Assembly: GCA_028023455.1 (NCBI GenBank)
Contig: JAQFVV010000003.1
Span: forward strand, 11,284,001-11,348,000
Reading direction: 5' to 3'
From: Epiperipatus broadwayi
Lineage: Eukaryota; Animalia; Onychophora
DNA: 64,000 nt
In this document: in pieces, positions 11,022-23,700 of the stretch
Numbering within the stretch: position 1 is the stretch's first letter
How the letters are laid out: every line of letters begins with the position of its first letter
Notes under the pieces: model-generated
What the model was told of the DNA's origin: nothing
Databases searched by the model: none
What the model saw: the letters and a program-made list of their open reading frames with translations, nothing else
Made by a program: the position numbers and the translations under genes

Positions 11022-11699
11022 AAAAGCTTGATAAGAGTGTGTATTTTTACGTACTCTATATATAACATTTGTAAATACGAGCTTTATTAAAATTAGGTCA
11101 TATGACATCTGACTTGATTTTTTATCAATTTAAATAATGCCTAATATGTAAATATAGAACATTCAGAAAACAAATTTCAAATGAAAAAAAAAATCATGTC
11201 AAATTGTTCTGAAATATTTTTTATCATAACAATAATGTAGCTGGATAATGAAAATTGTTATCGACTGAAAACCTCATTCCTCTTTGAGGACTAAGAAACC
11301 AAAGAGGATAAATTATTACTGTCCATAACATATCTTTTTATCACTGCAGCTGTTATTATTAAGTGCTTATTTATATAGTAAATGAACATGGATAGATGCT
11401 CATTAACCTGCATCGACCAGCCCTGTGAGTTTACTGGTTTTTTATCTCTGAGTTTAAGATCAAGAACACTATAGTCTTTCTTTTCAGTTGCCTAATAATT
11501 ATTAACTGAAAAATCAATTGAGTTTTCTTGAAGGGAATATGAATGTATATGAAAATATTTTTTTAAATAAATATTTACAATTATGACAGACAAAACTAAT
11601 ATTTGGTTGTTATTCTCAAGAATCTGTAAAATCATTAGCCAAAGCAACACTTAATGATTGAAAGCAGAGGATGCTAAGAATCCTCTTTTTGTTGATATG

Positions 11700-12300
11700 G
11701 ATTACCATTTAATGATGGTCTTCTACTTAGGTATCTACCACTGCAGATCACTTTCAAATGAAGGAAGATTACATTAGAAAAAGAATTGTCAAATATTATA
11801 TGGGACACTGTTGGATTTTGTGAAGACAGAAGATAAAAAGTGGATATTTACTTTATTAAAAAGGCACAAATACAGAAAGCATAAGCGGTTGGGATTCATA
11901 ATAAATAAAAAGTCGAAGAACAACACTGTAGAGATTCAGGGTTTACAAGTACATCAGATAGAATGGCAACATTATTCAATTAATGGAAGATACTAAATTC
12001 AGATTATTCAAGTTTATCTACCAACAGACCAAACAACATTTTAAAAAAATCACAAGACACTTTAATGCTATGATTGTAAAGAATTGAAAGAAGGCAGTGC
12101 TGTTGGTAAATTTAATCAGGGTGATAGAAATCAGAGGAAAAAAAAAAATATTGTGATTTTTTTCTTTGAGAAAAATGCTAAATGACAATGGACATAAAAG
12201 CTTCCAAATGAAGGCATGGCAGATTTGGATTTTGACTAACAAAAAATATATATTTCAAGAGTGTAATATTTTCTTAAAAGATTTAGCATAGAAAGTGATT
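11700..12300 (+). mobile_element. Decayed LINE apurinic-like endonuclease region (RTE-like)
   Basis: Remnant frames LEKEL..IIWDTVGF..., LGFIINKKSKNNTVEI resemble the N-terminal APE domain. Confidence 0.5.
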
Positions 12301-15300
12301 AACAATTAATAAGATTAAAACATGTGCTAATATAAAACTAGAGATGAAAACTATTAAGACAAATAATATTAAAAGTTGACATTCCTAAACTTCAAAAACA
12401 TTGCAATGAATTTAAATTGAAATTAGCAAATTGTTTTAAAATATTAAAAGATTTTGAAGATGTTTCAAAATTGCCTGAAATCGGAATTGCAAGAAAGATA
12501 GCTGATACAATAAATTAACAATTTATCAGTAATTTTTCTATTGAGACAAGACAATGTATGAAGAAAAAAAGATATATGATTTTTTTTAATGATCCATTAA
12601 GAAGAATTGAATATCTAGAATTTTCTAAAATGGTACAAAAAAAGAATTAATAATAATATAAGAAAATATAATTGTCAATTACGAAGGAAACTATAGAAGA
12701 GAATAAAACTCTTAAAAGTGTAAAAGAACATCTTAAAAGTATAAAACAACATTTTAGTATAGGAAGAAAAGTTGTTTCTGCAATAAAAAGAACGTGAAAT
12801 GTGTTCCAACTAAAAATAATTATATAGTAATAATTATTCTAATTTCTAAATTTCCAAGTATTTTAAATGAAGAGGTAAAACATGCAAATAAATCTATGAA
12901 GAAAAGAAAAGCTTGATATCTTAAAAGAAGCAGTTGAAGAAATAGAAAAATCGATGGCAAAGCTGTAAATCAAAAGTCTAAATCAGACATGCCCAACCTT
13001 TAACTTAGCTTGAGCTAATTAAAATTTAAAAATTTTAAGTTAGTCATAAATAAATTTTGCAGTTTTAATATTTCATTTTAAAAGGTACTTAATGCACAAA
13101 TAATAAAAATGTATAATTTAATAAAGAAAATATGTAATTATATACTCTTATACTCCTATTTGTTATGGATTTAAATACAAATTAAGTACAAGAAATAATC
13201 TTAGTTCATAATGCTAGCTAAAATTATCAATTATCAAATCATCCTCTAAATGTTAAGAAATTTCAGCTACATGCTCTATGAATTAAACTTTTATATATGT
13301 ATTCACAGAAGGTTTAGCTAACATTTCTTAATGTTTAGAGAGTGATTCAAAATTAAATACAGCAAAAACATATTTTAATGTGAAACTGACATTACATGTC
13401 TTCTGCTAGTTTATTGTATTCTGGCACATATGCAGTCAATCAGATGTTAATTTGTTATCCTAGATCTAAACTTGGATTTTTAAAAGTTCAATGTCAAAAA
13501 ACCATTTTTGTAACAGTGAATTGATCTAAAGCAGTTGAATCTTGAGGTGAGCAATGTTTTTTCTTCCATTTTTTTCAATGGAGATTCAGGAAAGATTTTT
13601 GATTTATTGTGGGCTATTTAAAAGTTGTCTAATGTATTTATATTTTTATTTTAAATACGTTTAAATAGATCTACAGATTAAACATATTAATATTTTCATA
13701 TTTCTCCTAATTATCATAAATATAAACATATACAATTATATATTATAATACATTAATTATATATTATGTAAGATGTACATCTGGGCATCCATATATGTTT
13801 GCTCATGCAAATTACATATATATGTACACATATATAGAAATGCATATTTATATAGATATATTTATATAGAATAATAAAGATATAGATAGATAGTCCAAGT
13901 TTGTAGTATAAATACAACAGTTATTTATCATCTTCTTCACACCACCCATGCACACACATATATACTAAAAATTATATTAGGATTAATCTGTGTATAGATT
14001 TTCTCAATGCTAACATTAAAAATGTACTGACATTTCGACTGGATCTCATCAGCCATATTTTGGTAGTAGAGGACATTCAAGGATGTTGCAGAGATGCCCA
14101 AAAGTCAGAAAATGGTTTATTTTAATTTTAAAATATCTTAAATATCCAATTTTAACATTTGTTAAGTAGCATATCTGGATTAGTACAGTGATGTGAAAAA
14201 ATCTATCTTATATGACAAGTATCTAGAAATGTGGAATTAAATGCTGATAATGTTAAATGATATTTGATCACATTAATAGGCTCATTTTCTCTAGCACCAA
14301 TGCAAGCACTATTTATACCCATGTTAAGAGGCTTCTCAAATTTTATTATCCCCTCCCCCATCTAGTTTATGGATTTTAAGGATAAAATATTTCAGGCATA
14401 TGTCCAAAAAAATTTAATATTTTAAAATTTATATATAAAATTTAAAAATACAGTTTTCTGATTTTCAAGCAACTCTGTAACATATCTGAATGAAAATTAG
14501 ACAAAACTCTCTATAGCTGCTGAGACCCAGTTAAAATTTTAGTGGAATGCTAAAATTAACAACACCCAAATGTATGCACACATAAATCCAAAATATAAGC
14601 TTATATCTTTTATTCATAATTGTTTTTTGTTTTAATGCATATGCACTTAACATTTTCTATGAGAAAAAGCTCAGTAATCAAACAATAGGACACTATAAAT
14701 AAGACATTAATGATCTTAATTATTATTAATTATTGTCTATTGCTTGCCATACAATTTCAAATTGTTCTATTATTTTATATGTAGAGTTACTTCATAAATT
14801 ACATATTCATACAGATATTTATACAAACATATGCCTATATAAAAGAAACTGTTTATTATTTGTCATATGATCAGTATATTTATCATATGAGCAGTTGCTC
14901 AAAAAAAGTCACTTGACATTTGAACATCAACAAGATTTTATAAATACCAAAGTTACATTTAAATGACCAGAATAGTTAAATTTGCTTCCTGAGAATTAAT
15001 TCAGAAATTTCTAGTTCTTGAGCCTTTTCCTGTTAACACTGAGATAAATTTTTCAGGGCATTTAAAAACAGAACTGTATCGTTAATTCCAATGCCCAGTG
15101 TAGCTTAATGCGAAGATAATTATGAAATAAGGAGAACTAAAGATACTCGGATTAAAGCTCATCTCTCAGTTATGGTGTCTGAACATCACATGATCTACCA
15201 AACAGCTAACCATTTGTATTACATTATATGCTATTCACTATTAGATTTTATGCTTCCATTCTTTCTTCAAAACATTTACGTATATAAAATATGTACATAT

Positions 15301-15889
15301 ATATAGTTACTTACATACACACATACATGATCAGACTTTGTGGATTTTTAAAAAGATAACTTAAAAGCAAAACTCAATTTTCAATGTGATGTACTAATAC
15401 ATATCAGAAGGCCTGCCCTGGCGTTTGCATTAAATATACTTTCTGCTACATCAAATGTACATATCTATAAAAATATTTGTGTGTATTTATATTTACATAC
15501 ACACATAATTACATCTACGTTTTTTTAAAAAAAGAATTACAATTATGAAATTTACTGTACAACTTATTCAAATAAATTTCCGGGGTTATCATTTCATTTG
15601 GAAAATGTAATGCTATGATGCGGTGATGTATTAAAAGGTTGATAGTACTTTATGCAGGCAGTTGCATTATGGCTGCACATAGCCTCAATGTCATTTATCT
15701 TTTTTTTTTTTAATTGCTCAAATATAAGAACATTTTTAATAAGGGGATCAAACGTTCAATCTCTTTATTGGCCTAGATTGTCTGAGGAGGTAAGCGTTAG
15801 ATTAACAGTTTAACCTCTTGACACGAATGTATATATTTTTATATTTCATTCAACATCATTTAAATCGCAACAGTTTAAGGCAAATGCCT

Positions 15890-15904
15890 GGTTGCTAAGC
15901 AACC
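15890..15904. promoter_or_regulatory. Palindromic RFX X-box-like site
   Basis: GGTTGCTAAGCAACC matches the GTTGCY-N-RGCAAC RFX pattern and lies in a locally CpG-containing, non-repetitive stretch. Confidence 0.4.
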
Positions 15905-16242
15905 AAATTCATAGCATGTCATTTGTAAGAGAAGAAAAAATGGAGTTTTTTATTATAATTAAAATAGAAAAGATTCAAGTTTTTTCAATAAATTTATATA
16001 TTTTATATGAATCGATTCTCTTAGTAGATTAATGAACCAATTGTATTTTCATAATGTGATGCCACGAAAGCTGTATTTTAAACATAGCGGCAATAAGTGA
16101 GCGTTTCCAGAACTTAAAATTTAAATGAAAGTGAAATCTAATTAAAAAAACTAAAATGTTGCATAATGCCTGGGATACATTTAAAATATAAAAGAATAAT
16201 TAAATAATAATATTTGCAGACATCCATTTAAAAATTTCTTAC

Positions 16243-16420
16243 CCTGCTCTCTCTCCCAAATTTCAGTCCAGGCCTCATAAATTCAAGAATAGGAGGGAGA
16301 GAAGAGGTTCGTTCGACAACCACATTGTAAATCCCCAGTTGTACCACCAGCACACTCAGTAATGCAGGCTGGTCCTCAGTCACAATTAGCATAATCAAAA
16401 GAAAAATGAAGCAAAGACTT
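16243..16420 (-). CDS. Candidate host-gene exon, product unknown
   Basis: Acceptor ttttcccAG before 16420 and donor G/GTAAGA after 16243. Higher GC than the flanks. One open frame: SLCFIFLLIMLIVTEDQPALLSVLVVQLGIYNVVVERTSSLPPILEFMRPGLKFGRESR. It may be partly UTR. Confidence 0.35.
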
Positions 16421-19400
16421 CTGGGAAAATAGATGTAGATTATACAAGTTAAAGAAATTGAAGTTTTTGAATGAAAGACAATATTTATATTTCGAATATG
16501 ATATAAATAATAGCACAAATTAAAAATAAATAAACGGATTTTTTTAAAATTATTATCTGTATAATCATTTCCCTATAATTCTTTTTTTTTTTTAAAAAAA
16601 ATAGATTTGCATTTTTGTTTACTTGTAAAGTAATAAACTTTTCATCATCGTCATCTTAAGGCATATAGAGTCATTTTTATTTATAAATGTATTAAATAAA
16701 CTATTTTAAATATGAAAGCACTATGCTGATTAAGGGCAAAATGGCTGAAAAATTGATGATGAAGACGTAGAAGTCTTTGATAGTTTTTGTCTTCTTCTAT
16801 CACTCAACAATAACAAAGAAAAAAACCAGTAGCCAAAAGATTCAACATTTACTAATACAAAACAAATTTACAATGGAAAAATGTTAAAAGGTCTTTAGAT
16901 ATTGGGAAATATCTTTAATAGTGAATCAGAACTGTTCAAGCTATCGTATTTCCAATGATTTTCTATAAATGTAAATTAAAGAATATAAAAGTTAATAATG
17001 TTATCAAGCTGGCTGGATAGTGAAGACATTTTTAAAAATGCCATAATAGCAGAAGAAAAAATTAAATAATGATTCTGAATCATATTAAACTTGAACTTTA
17101 TTTAAAGCGCTAATGACCATATTAAAATTGTCCTATTTTGATCATATTATGAAATCCAAAATAATAAAATAAAATACACAAAAAGCTCTCTGCTATGGTT
17201 CCATCCATTTAAGCTTGAACGATCAATGCTTTTCAGATGGTAGTGCATTAATCCCCATTCTTAAATCATTTTGTTTTTGCTTTTATGAATAAGGATATGG
17301 AATTCAAACCTGGATTCATTGCAGATGCATATTTGACTATAACTTTTAATTACTTTTTTGCTATTAAGTAAAAAAACCTGAAATTTCAAAAAAATCTCAA
17401 GCTTACAATAGATAGCAATAATATAGAAAGCTGTCTTATTTCTAATATACAGTAATAAAAAAGGAATCAACTGATGTTGTGTTGGTCAAATAGAAGAGAG
17501 TGATCATCAAAAATATAATTGGAATTTATCATCACAATATTGAATTTGCCAATAAAAAGCTACAAATAAATAGATCCTTCTATTAAAATGACATTCATAA
17601 GATCACAGTGAAGTGAGGTGATGCAAGCTTTTGGAGATGAGGTAAATAGATAACAAATAGTACTTGATCAGTGTTATTGGTAATTTGACATTTATTCCAG
17701 TACCTCAATATTTAGAGCTATATCTTCCTTTATATCTTTATAATTACATTAGTGCTGAAAAGCAGATTTTATAATTCCAATAAGCATTGCTGTTAATATA
17801 TAAACACTTAATCACTTAATCACACATCAATACATGCATAAAACATTTTTAAAAGAATATTAAAAAATCTACATTCAATCACAACAAATAAAAATGTGTA
17901 ATTGTTTATTTATTCTTAAATAAATGATTATTATATAAATATTTTTTAATTTTAAGAATATTGGAAGAGCAATATAAAAACAAGTTGATGTTTTTAATTC
18001 TTTTAGTAGTAACAAAACTGAAATAAATATTGCAATGGCTGAAGATGGGAGGTTTCATTCTCTTGCCCAATTAAATTAAATTAACTATAGTAGTTCTTCC
18101 ATTATGTCTGCATTAGTTTCAAAGCTTTCCTGTAAATACATGAAACCATGAATAATAGAAAATCGTATAAAATTTAATCATGTTTGGCAATATATTTATA
18201 CAAGCCATAATACAATTTAATTTAAAAACATACACATTAAGACAAAAATAATTAACAAATATATATATAATAATGCATTTATGAAAAAAAAAGTACTGTA
18301 ATAGATTGAAAAAGAGATAATAATCATTTGAATGTTCAATATAAAAAAAATGGATGAAAGATAATTTATAATGTCACTTGGCTTGCACATAAAATTTATG
18401 AACTTTAAATTTACAAATTTTGGGTTTTAAATTTTTATTTAATATTTTTCTAAACCAAGGATTCCTGAAAACATGGATAATGAATTCAAAGCAGTAAAAT
18501 GATTAGTGGATTTTATCTGAAGTGTTTATTTGGGATAAATCAGGAATAATGATTTTAAAAAGTCTAGAGAAATAGATTTGGAGATGATTGGAGAAAAATG
18601 ATATTGAAAAAATAAAAAATGATAAAAATAAATAAGTAAATATTAAAATGGAAATAAAAATTCAATGGAAATTTGGCAGAATATATACTTAAAGGTGGGG
18701 AAGGGGGAGATGACAGCTGTAGATTATTAAAGAATAAAATAAAAGAGAAATTTTGAAAAAATATTTATATTCATGCAAGAAACATGTTATGTACCTGATT
18801 ATTAAAGACGTTAATGATAAAAATAAATAATACACACCATTACTTTTAAACACAATTCATATTTGAGAAAGGAGAAGGAATATTTAATAACTAATATGCA
18901 TTAAGTATTTTATCCACTTTCAAGACAAATGCAAATCATAAAATATGTGCTATGCCAGTAAACAAAATAAAATATATTTAGACATATAGTATAATAATTG
19001 TAAAATTATCTTTTACTTTTTCTCTTGGGCGATAAAATTTCCTCAATTAGGAATTTTATTCTCTGCAGGAAAGCAAATATAGAACTACATCTCTGTTATT
19101 TCCTTTAGAAAAAATTCTTTAGAGGACACAAAGCTGCCAAAAGAGAATCAGTTTAGTGATTAAAATGTGACCAAATTCAATTTTGCCCGGTTGATATTAC
19201 AATTTCAGAATCCAAACTAATTAATTTTTTTGTCAAAATTAGATCAGATATAAGTGCTAATTTCTTTTTTTTTTTTTATTGGGAGTTTAATTTTCTTTTA
19301 ATAATCCTTTTTAGAACAACGATTCATAATTCATCACTTCCGAATAATGATTTTATATATCCAACTAATATCATATAACTTCTTTGTAGCTAATATTTGC

Positions 19401-19996
19401 TGTAGTATACACCTTATATTTAAATCCTTTTCCTTCACTTTTCTCTTAACAAAAGTCATATCATTCACTCAACAAGATAAGAATTATTACCATCATTAAA
19501 ACAATTTCTAGTGCTTCTTAACTAATTAAAGTCATTAACAAGATGACCTACTCATATTTATAGAAACCAACAATTGGGCATGTAGAACCAAAGACCTTTC
19601 AATAGTTCATTAATGAAAAGTTCTTTAAAAAAAGTATAAAACCCACAATTAGTTAACATCATTTTCAAAATTAAAACTTTTTCATATTTAAATGGGTTTG
19701 GCCTATTCTGGTACTATAGACATTCTACTGACCAGCAACTTGAACAAAACTACATACAAGTTATTTGTTTCTACATATTTTTATATGCATTCCTAGAATG
19801 TAATCTTTCCATAAAGAACAATTAAATTTGCAAAGAATACAATGTCTAAAGCCACTCTAAAAAATAAATCAGAGATTATCTATTAATACATTTTTTAATG
19901 ACTACTGATATACTGAACAGCAAAGCAGAAAAAAAAATACATCCGAGTGACTTCTGCCAATTTTTTTTTTTTTTACCAAAGTTAACCTATCATCAG

Positions 19997-20506
19997 TTGG
20001 CCAGGCCAGCCACTTGGTGGCATTCTTTCTCTGCTAAAAACATAGAAAAATGTCATTTCCATACACACCTGCTATATTACAGCCAGGTCATATATTTGGT
20101 GGTGTTATTTCTCTGTGAAAACAAAAAAAAAGCTGTTTACAGCCGCCACCGGTTATGTTACAGCCAGGACAGCTGCTGTTGGCCTTTTATTCTATGCAAA
20201 AGCACAGAAATAAGCCATTAAGTGGCTTAATTTCTATGTGAATGTACAGTAAACCAATAGCCCTTTTAGGCTATTATGCATTTTACCAAATGATAACTAT
20301 TCAAACTTAGTACAGTATGAGTTGAGGGTACATGTAATTAAACTAAAATAAAATGTTCTATTGTAAATTATTTAAAAGTACTTAAAATATTTTTAAAAAA
20401 TCAGAAAAAATGTAAAAATATTTTTGAAAAAAATGTCAGCCCCAGATTGATATAATTGAGTGTTTTTAGCAGAGAAAGAATGCCATCAAGCTGCTGGCCT
20501 GGCCAA
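19997..20506. mobile_element. MITE-like element with 46-bp terminal inverted repeats
   Basis: 19997-20042 versus the reverse complement of 20461-20506 match at 43/46. A TTAA lies just left (19982-19985), so it is possibly piggyBac-type, but the right end is not clean. Confidence 0.6.
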
Positions 20507-20649
20507 TGAATAAGTACTATTTTAATTTATTCAACAAATGGTAAAATAAATTTAGTCTATGGTTATCATCACTACTACAAAATAAATGACAAAAATCATT
20601 AAAAAAAGAGACAGAATAATATTTTACTTATAATACAGAATAACCAATT

Positions 20650-20742
20650 ATATTTACTAAGGCTGTAACCTTTAGGAATAAGCGTCTGAAAAATTTGAAG
20701 GTTCAGACGCTTATTGCTAAAGGTTGCAGCCTTAGTAAATAT
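20650..20742. repeat. 93-nt near-perfect hairpin (41-bp arms, 11-nt loop)
   Basis: ATATTTACTAAGGCTGTAACCTTTAGGAATAAGCGTCTGAA pairs with TTCAGACGCTTATTGCTAAAGGTTGCAGCCTTAGTAAATAT with one G.U pair and one mismatch. Confidence 0.9.
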
Positions 20743-23700
20743 TACTTAATATAATAATGTGTGTTTAATAAAATTTATAATTAATAACCAATTATGTAAT
20801 TAATACATTATAGAGCTACATCTTTTAATATAATGAATGCATTTAGCACCCTCTATTAGCTCATTATTTAATTAACATATGTTATAATAATCAGCTTCTG
20901 AATTGTTATCTATGATAATTGGGACTTAAGCACAACTGACAAGAGGATTTCCCTGAAATTAGTCCTAATAATCTTGTATTATTATAGTTTACAATTCACA
21001 ATTTGACCATTATATAACTTATGTCTTAGTTAAATAATGAACTAATAGTGATTACTTAAATGGCATAAATACATAATAATATAATGTGAATATAACTTTG
21101 AAAAAAATACTGGAGATAAACTTAATTAACTACTAAATTGTAAAATAATGGAAAGGTTTGTAGAACATAGGTCTTGACAATAAACTATGTTTCATTAGTT
21201 TTGTTTAACTCTAAACAATCATTATCTACAATTCATTATTTATTTCAAACCTATTATTAAATATATTTGTTATAGATAATAAAGACAAACTTTACCAAGA
21301 GTATAACAATTAGTGATACATAATTTAAAAATAATACCACAAAGAATTGATTATAAAATAAATCAATGTGTATGTTTTAAAACTAAAATATATATTATTA
21401 CATAAATGGTGAAGATAGTTTTAAAATGAGATTATAAATCCTACTTTACTTCATTATACCTATTAAAGCATTTATTTATAACACGGAATGATTTAATGAT
21501 TGAATAGGTCATATCTTTCATACTTTAAAAAAATAATACTTTTCCATATATATATATAATATTTTATCAAATCACTTTAAACATTAAGAAATTTTTAGCT
21601 ATGCTCTTGGTAAATAAATGTATTAGAATCTGCATCTCAAATAGCTAATTCAAAAAAAGCTGTTTGAGATGCAGACTCTCATAACTGAAAATGTCTTAAC
21701 ATTTGAGATGATATTTTTTTCAGGCAGTAGTATATTCAGGAATTATTTCCATATATATGAGAAATTATTTTTGCTATTTGGTTTTTGAAATTAATTAGAC
21801 TTAAGTACAATTGGTGAGATAAAATTTACCATTAATATCTGAGTTCTATAGGCTTACTGTTACTTTACAATTCATTGGCAAATTGGTTATATTGATTGAC
21901 AAATTAGCAACATTGTTTTAAAAGTTATGCACTACATTACTGATAACTCATAATTCCATCTTCTTTTATAATAATGTTTAGACTTTTACAAAATGCAGTA
22001 TCTCAAAATATATTTCATAATTATTATAAGACAAAAATAGATTTGAAATAAAAGCTTTTAATAAGTTATGTAAAACATATTTATAATAGGTATAAAAACA
22101 TAACATTTAAAAAAATTTGTTGACTATGAACAAAAACATAAAAGTCACCAATTATAAGAATAAAAATAAATTCAACAAAAACATACATATCTTGATTTCA
22201 ATTATAATATCAAAGAATAAAGTTTATTCATAAATGCATGATTTGAAGCAAGTAATAATTGCAATTAAATATTGCCATTTTTATGACTTTTAATAAAAGT
22301 TGATTGTAAAAAGGGCAGTAAATTATCCTCTCTTGTAATCCAATTTCAATGGTTTTATCATCATGCAAATTCGCCCTGATGAGTAACATTATCTAATAAT
22401 TGTTCAAAATATCCAAACTAGATATCTTCTCAAAGTAAAATCCAAGTTATTGAAGTACATGCCCAATTACTTCATACAGATTAATAATTTCTGAAACTGA
22501 TGATTCAGATGAAATATTCAATATAACAACAAAAACACAAGGCCTTTAGATGGAAGTAATGCAATTTAACATGTAATCTCAAAAGATACTTCATCAACTA
22601 TTAATCTACTTGGAAATTGCTTAGACAATCTATCTTTTACCACCTACTATTGAACTTTCAGAAATTATATGATATGGCTTAGGAAATATCAAGAATTTTC
22701 TTATGTTGCAAGATCATAAGGTGAGTTGATATTCAGTTTTATGATTCTTTGTTAAAAGAGCAAGCTTTCTGTATTATGATTTCTTAAACACCACAATTCA
22801 CAATACTTCATAAGTGCTACAATAATTTCACTTTGTATTTTGTTTAACATTTAATTCTACAAAAGCTTTCTTCAATATGCATTTATAATTGTGTAGAGGC
22901 CTTGGAGTGCAAATTACTAAGGAGATGATCTCATGGAAAATCATAATCACATGACTGATAATCAAATTTAATTAGAGTTTTATAAACTATATAACACATA
23001 AATCCACTATTTCCTTGTAAAGACTTATTTTGATATTAACCATTAGGAAGATGTCATTTTCACATTAAAATTTTTGATAACATATAGCAATGTGAGTAGT
23101 CTTACTCCTGATAAAATTATTTTCCTTAACAATAAAATATATGGGGTTTTTTTTTCAATAATCTTTTCAGAGTTTGTTGTTGTTGTTGATGATGACACTA
23201 GTATTACGTAGTTACTATCTTTAGTTCAACATAATGTTTATTTATGGAAAATTTACATTTGTTACAAATTTACTTCCCCCAAAATTTTACTTTTGTGAAT
23301 ATATATGTATTCACACTTTTAAAAATATATACTAAAATATATCATATAAATTTATTTATATAAAAAGCTCTTGCTCCTATTCTATCTGGTTGTCAGATAA
23401 TTAAATCTTTAGTATACTCTATGAGATAGCGACATAATATGAGAGACAATTTGTTTATTTACATTAGATAGCAATCATTATTTATTTACTACACATATTC
23501 AATAATAACTATTATAATTACATATTTAATTTAGCATATATGCTTATCATCAATTCTGTTAAGGTTTAAAATAAGATTATAATTGTCTCTTTTTTTGTTA
23601 TTATTGTTGCTTAACATTACATAATAGGCTGAAATAAATTGAACAAGTGTGATAATCTGGTGATATTTTAAAAAAAATATCAGAATTCTATTTATATAAA

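Larger units (their letters stand above)
7944..11143 (+). mobile_element. RZ-A: hammerhead-containing tandem array (retrozyme-like), about 376-nt unit, with an inverted 5' arm and a 14-bp TSD
   Basis: Direct repeat TTAAATAATGCCTA at 7944-7957 and 11130-11143. Inverted arm 7958-~8260, then about 3.8 sense units from ~8267 to 11129 interrupted by a LINE. Predicted cleavage sites after 8497, 8873, 9188 and 9565 (spacing 376, 315, 377). Confidence 0.85.

Noticed and set aside
15780-15796. Plus-strand donor-like GAG/GTAAGC
   Set aside because: No supporting exon or acceptor was found, and it is expected by chance.
21626-21678. About 21-bp hairpin (tctgcatctcaaa/tttgagatgcaga)
   Set aside because: It is real but most likely a small transposon remnant, with nothing further to support a function.
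22376-22512. Two CTGATGA heptamers
   Set aside because: Neither forms hammerhead stems. The second lies in a decayed LINE endonuclease-like frame (SETDDSDEIF).
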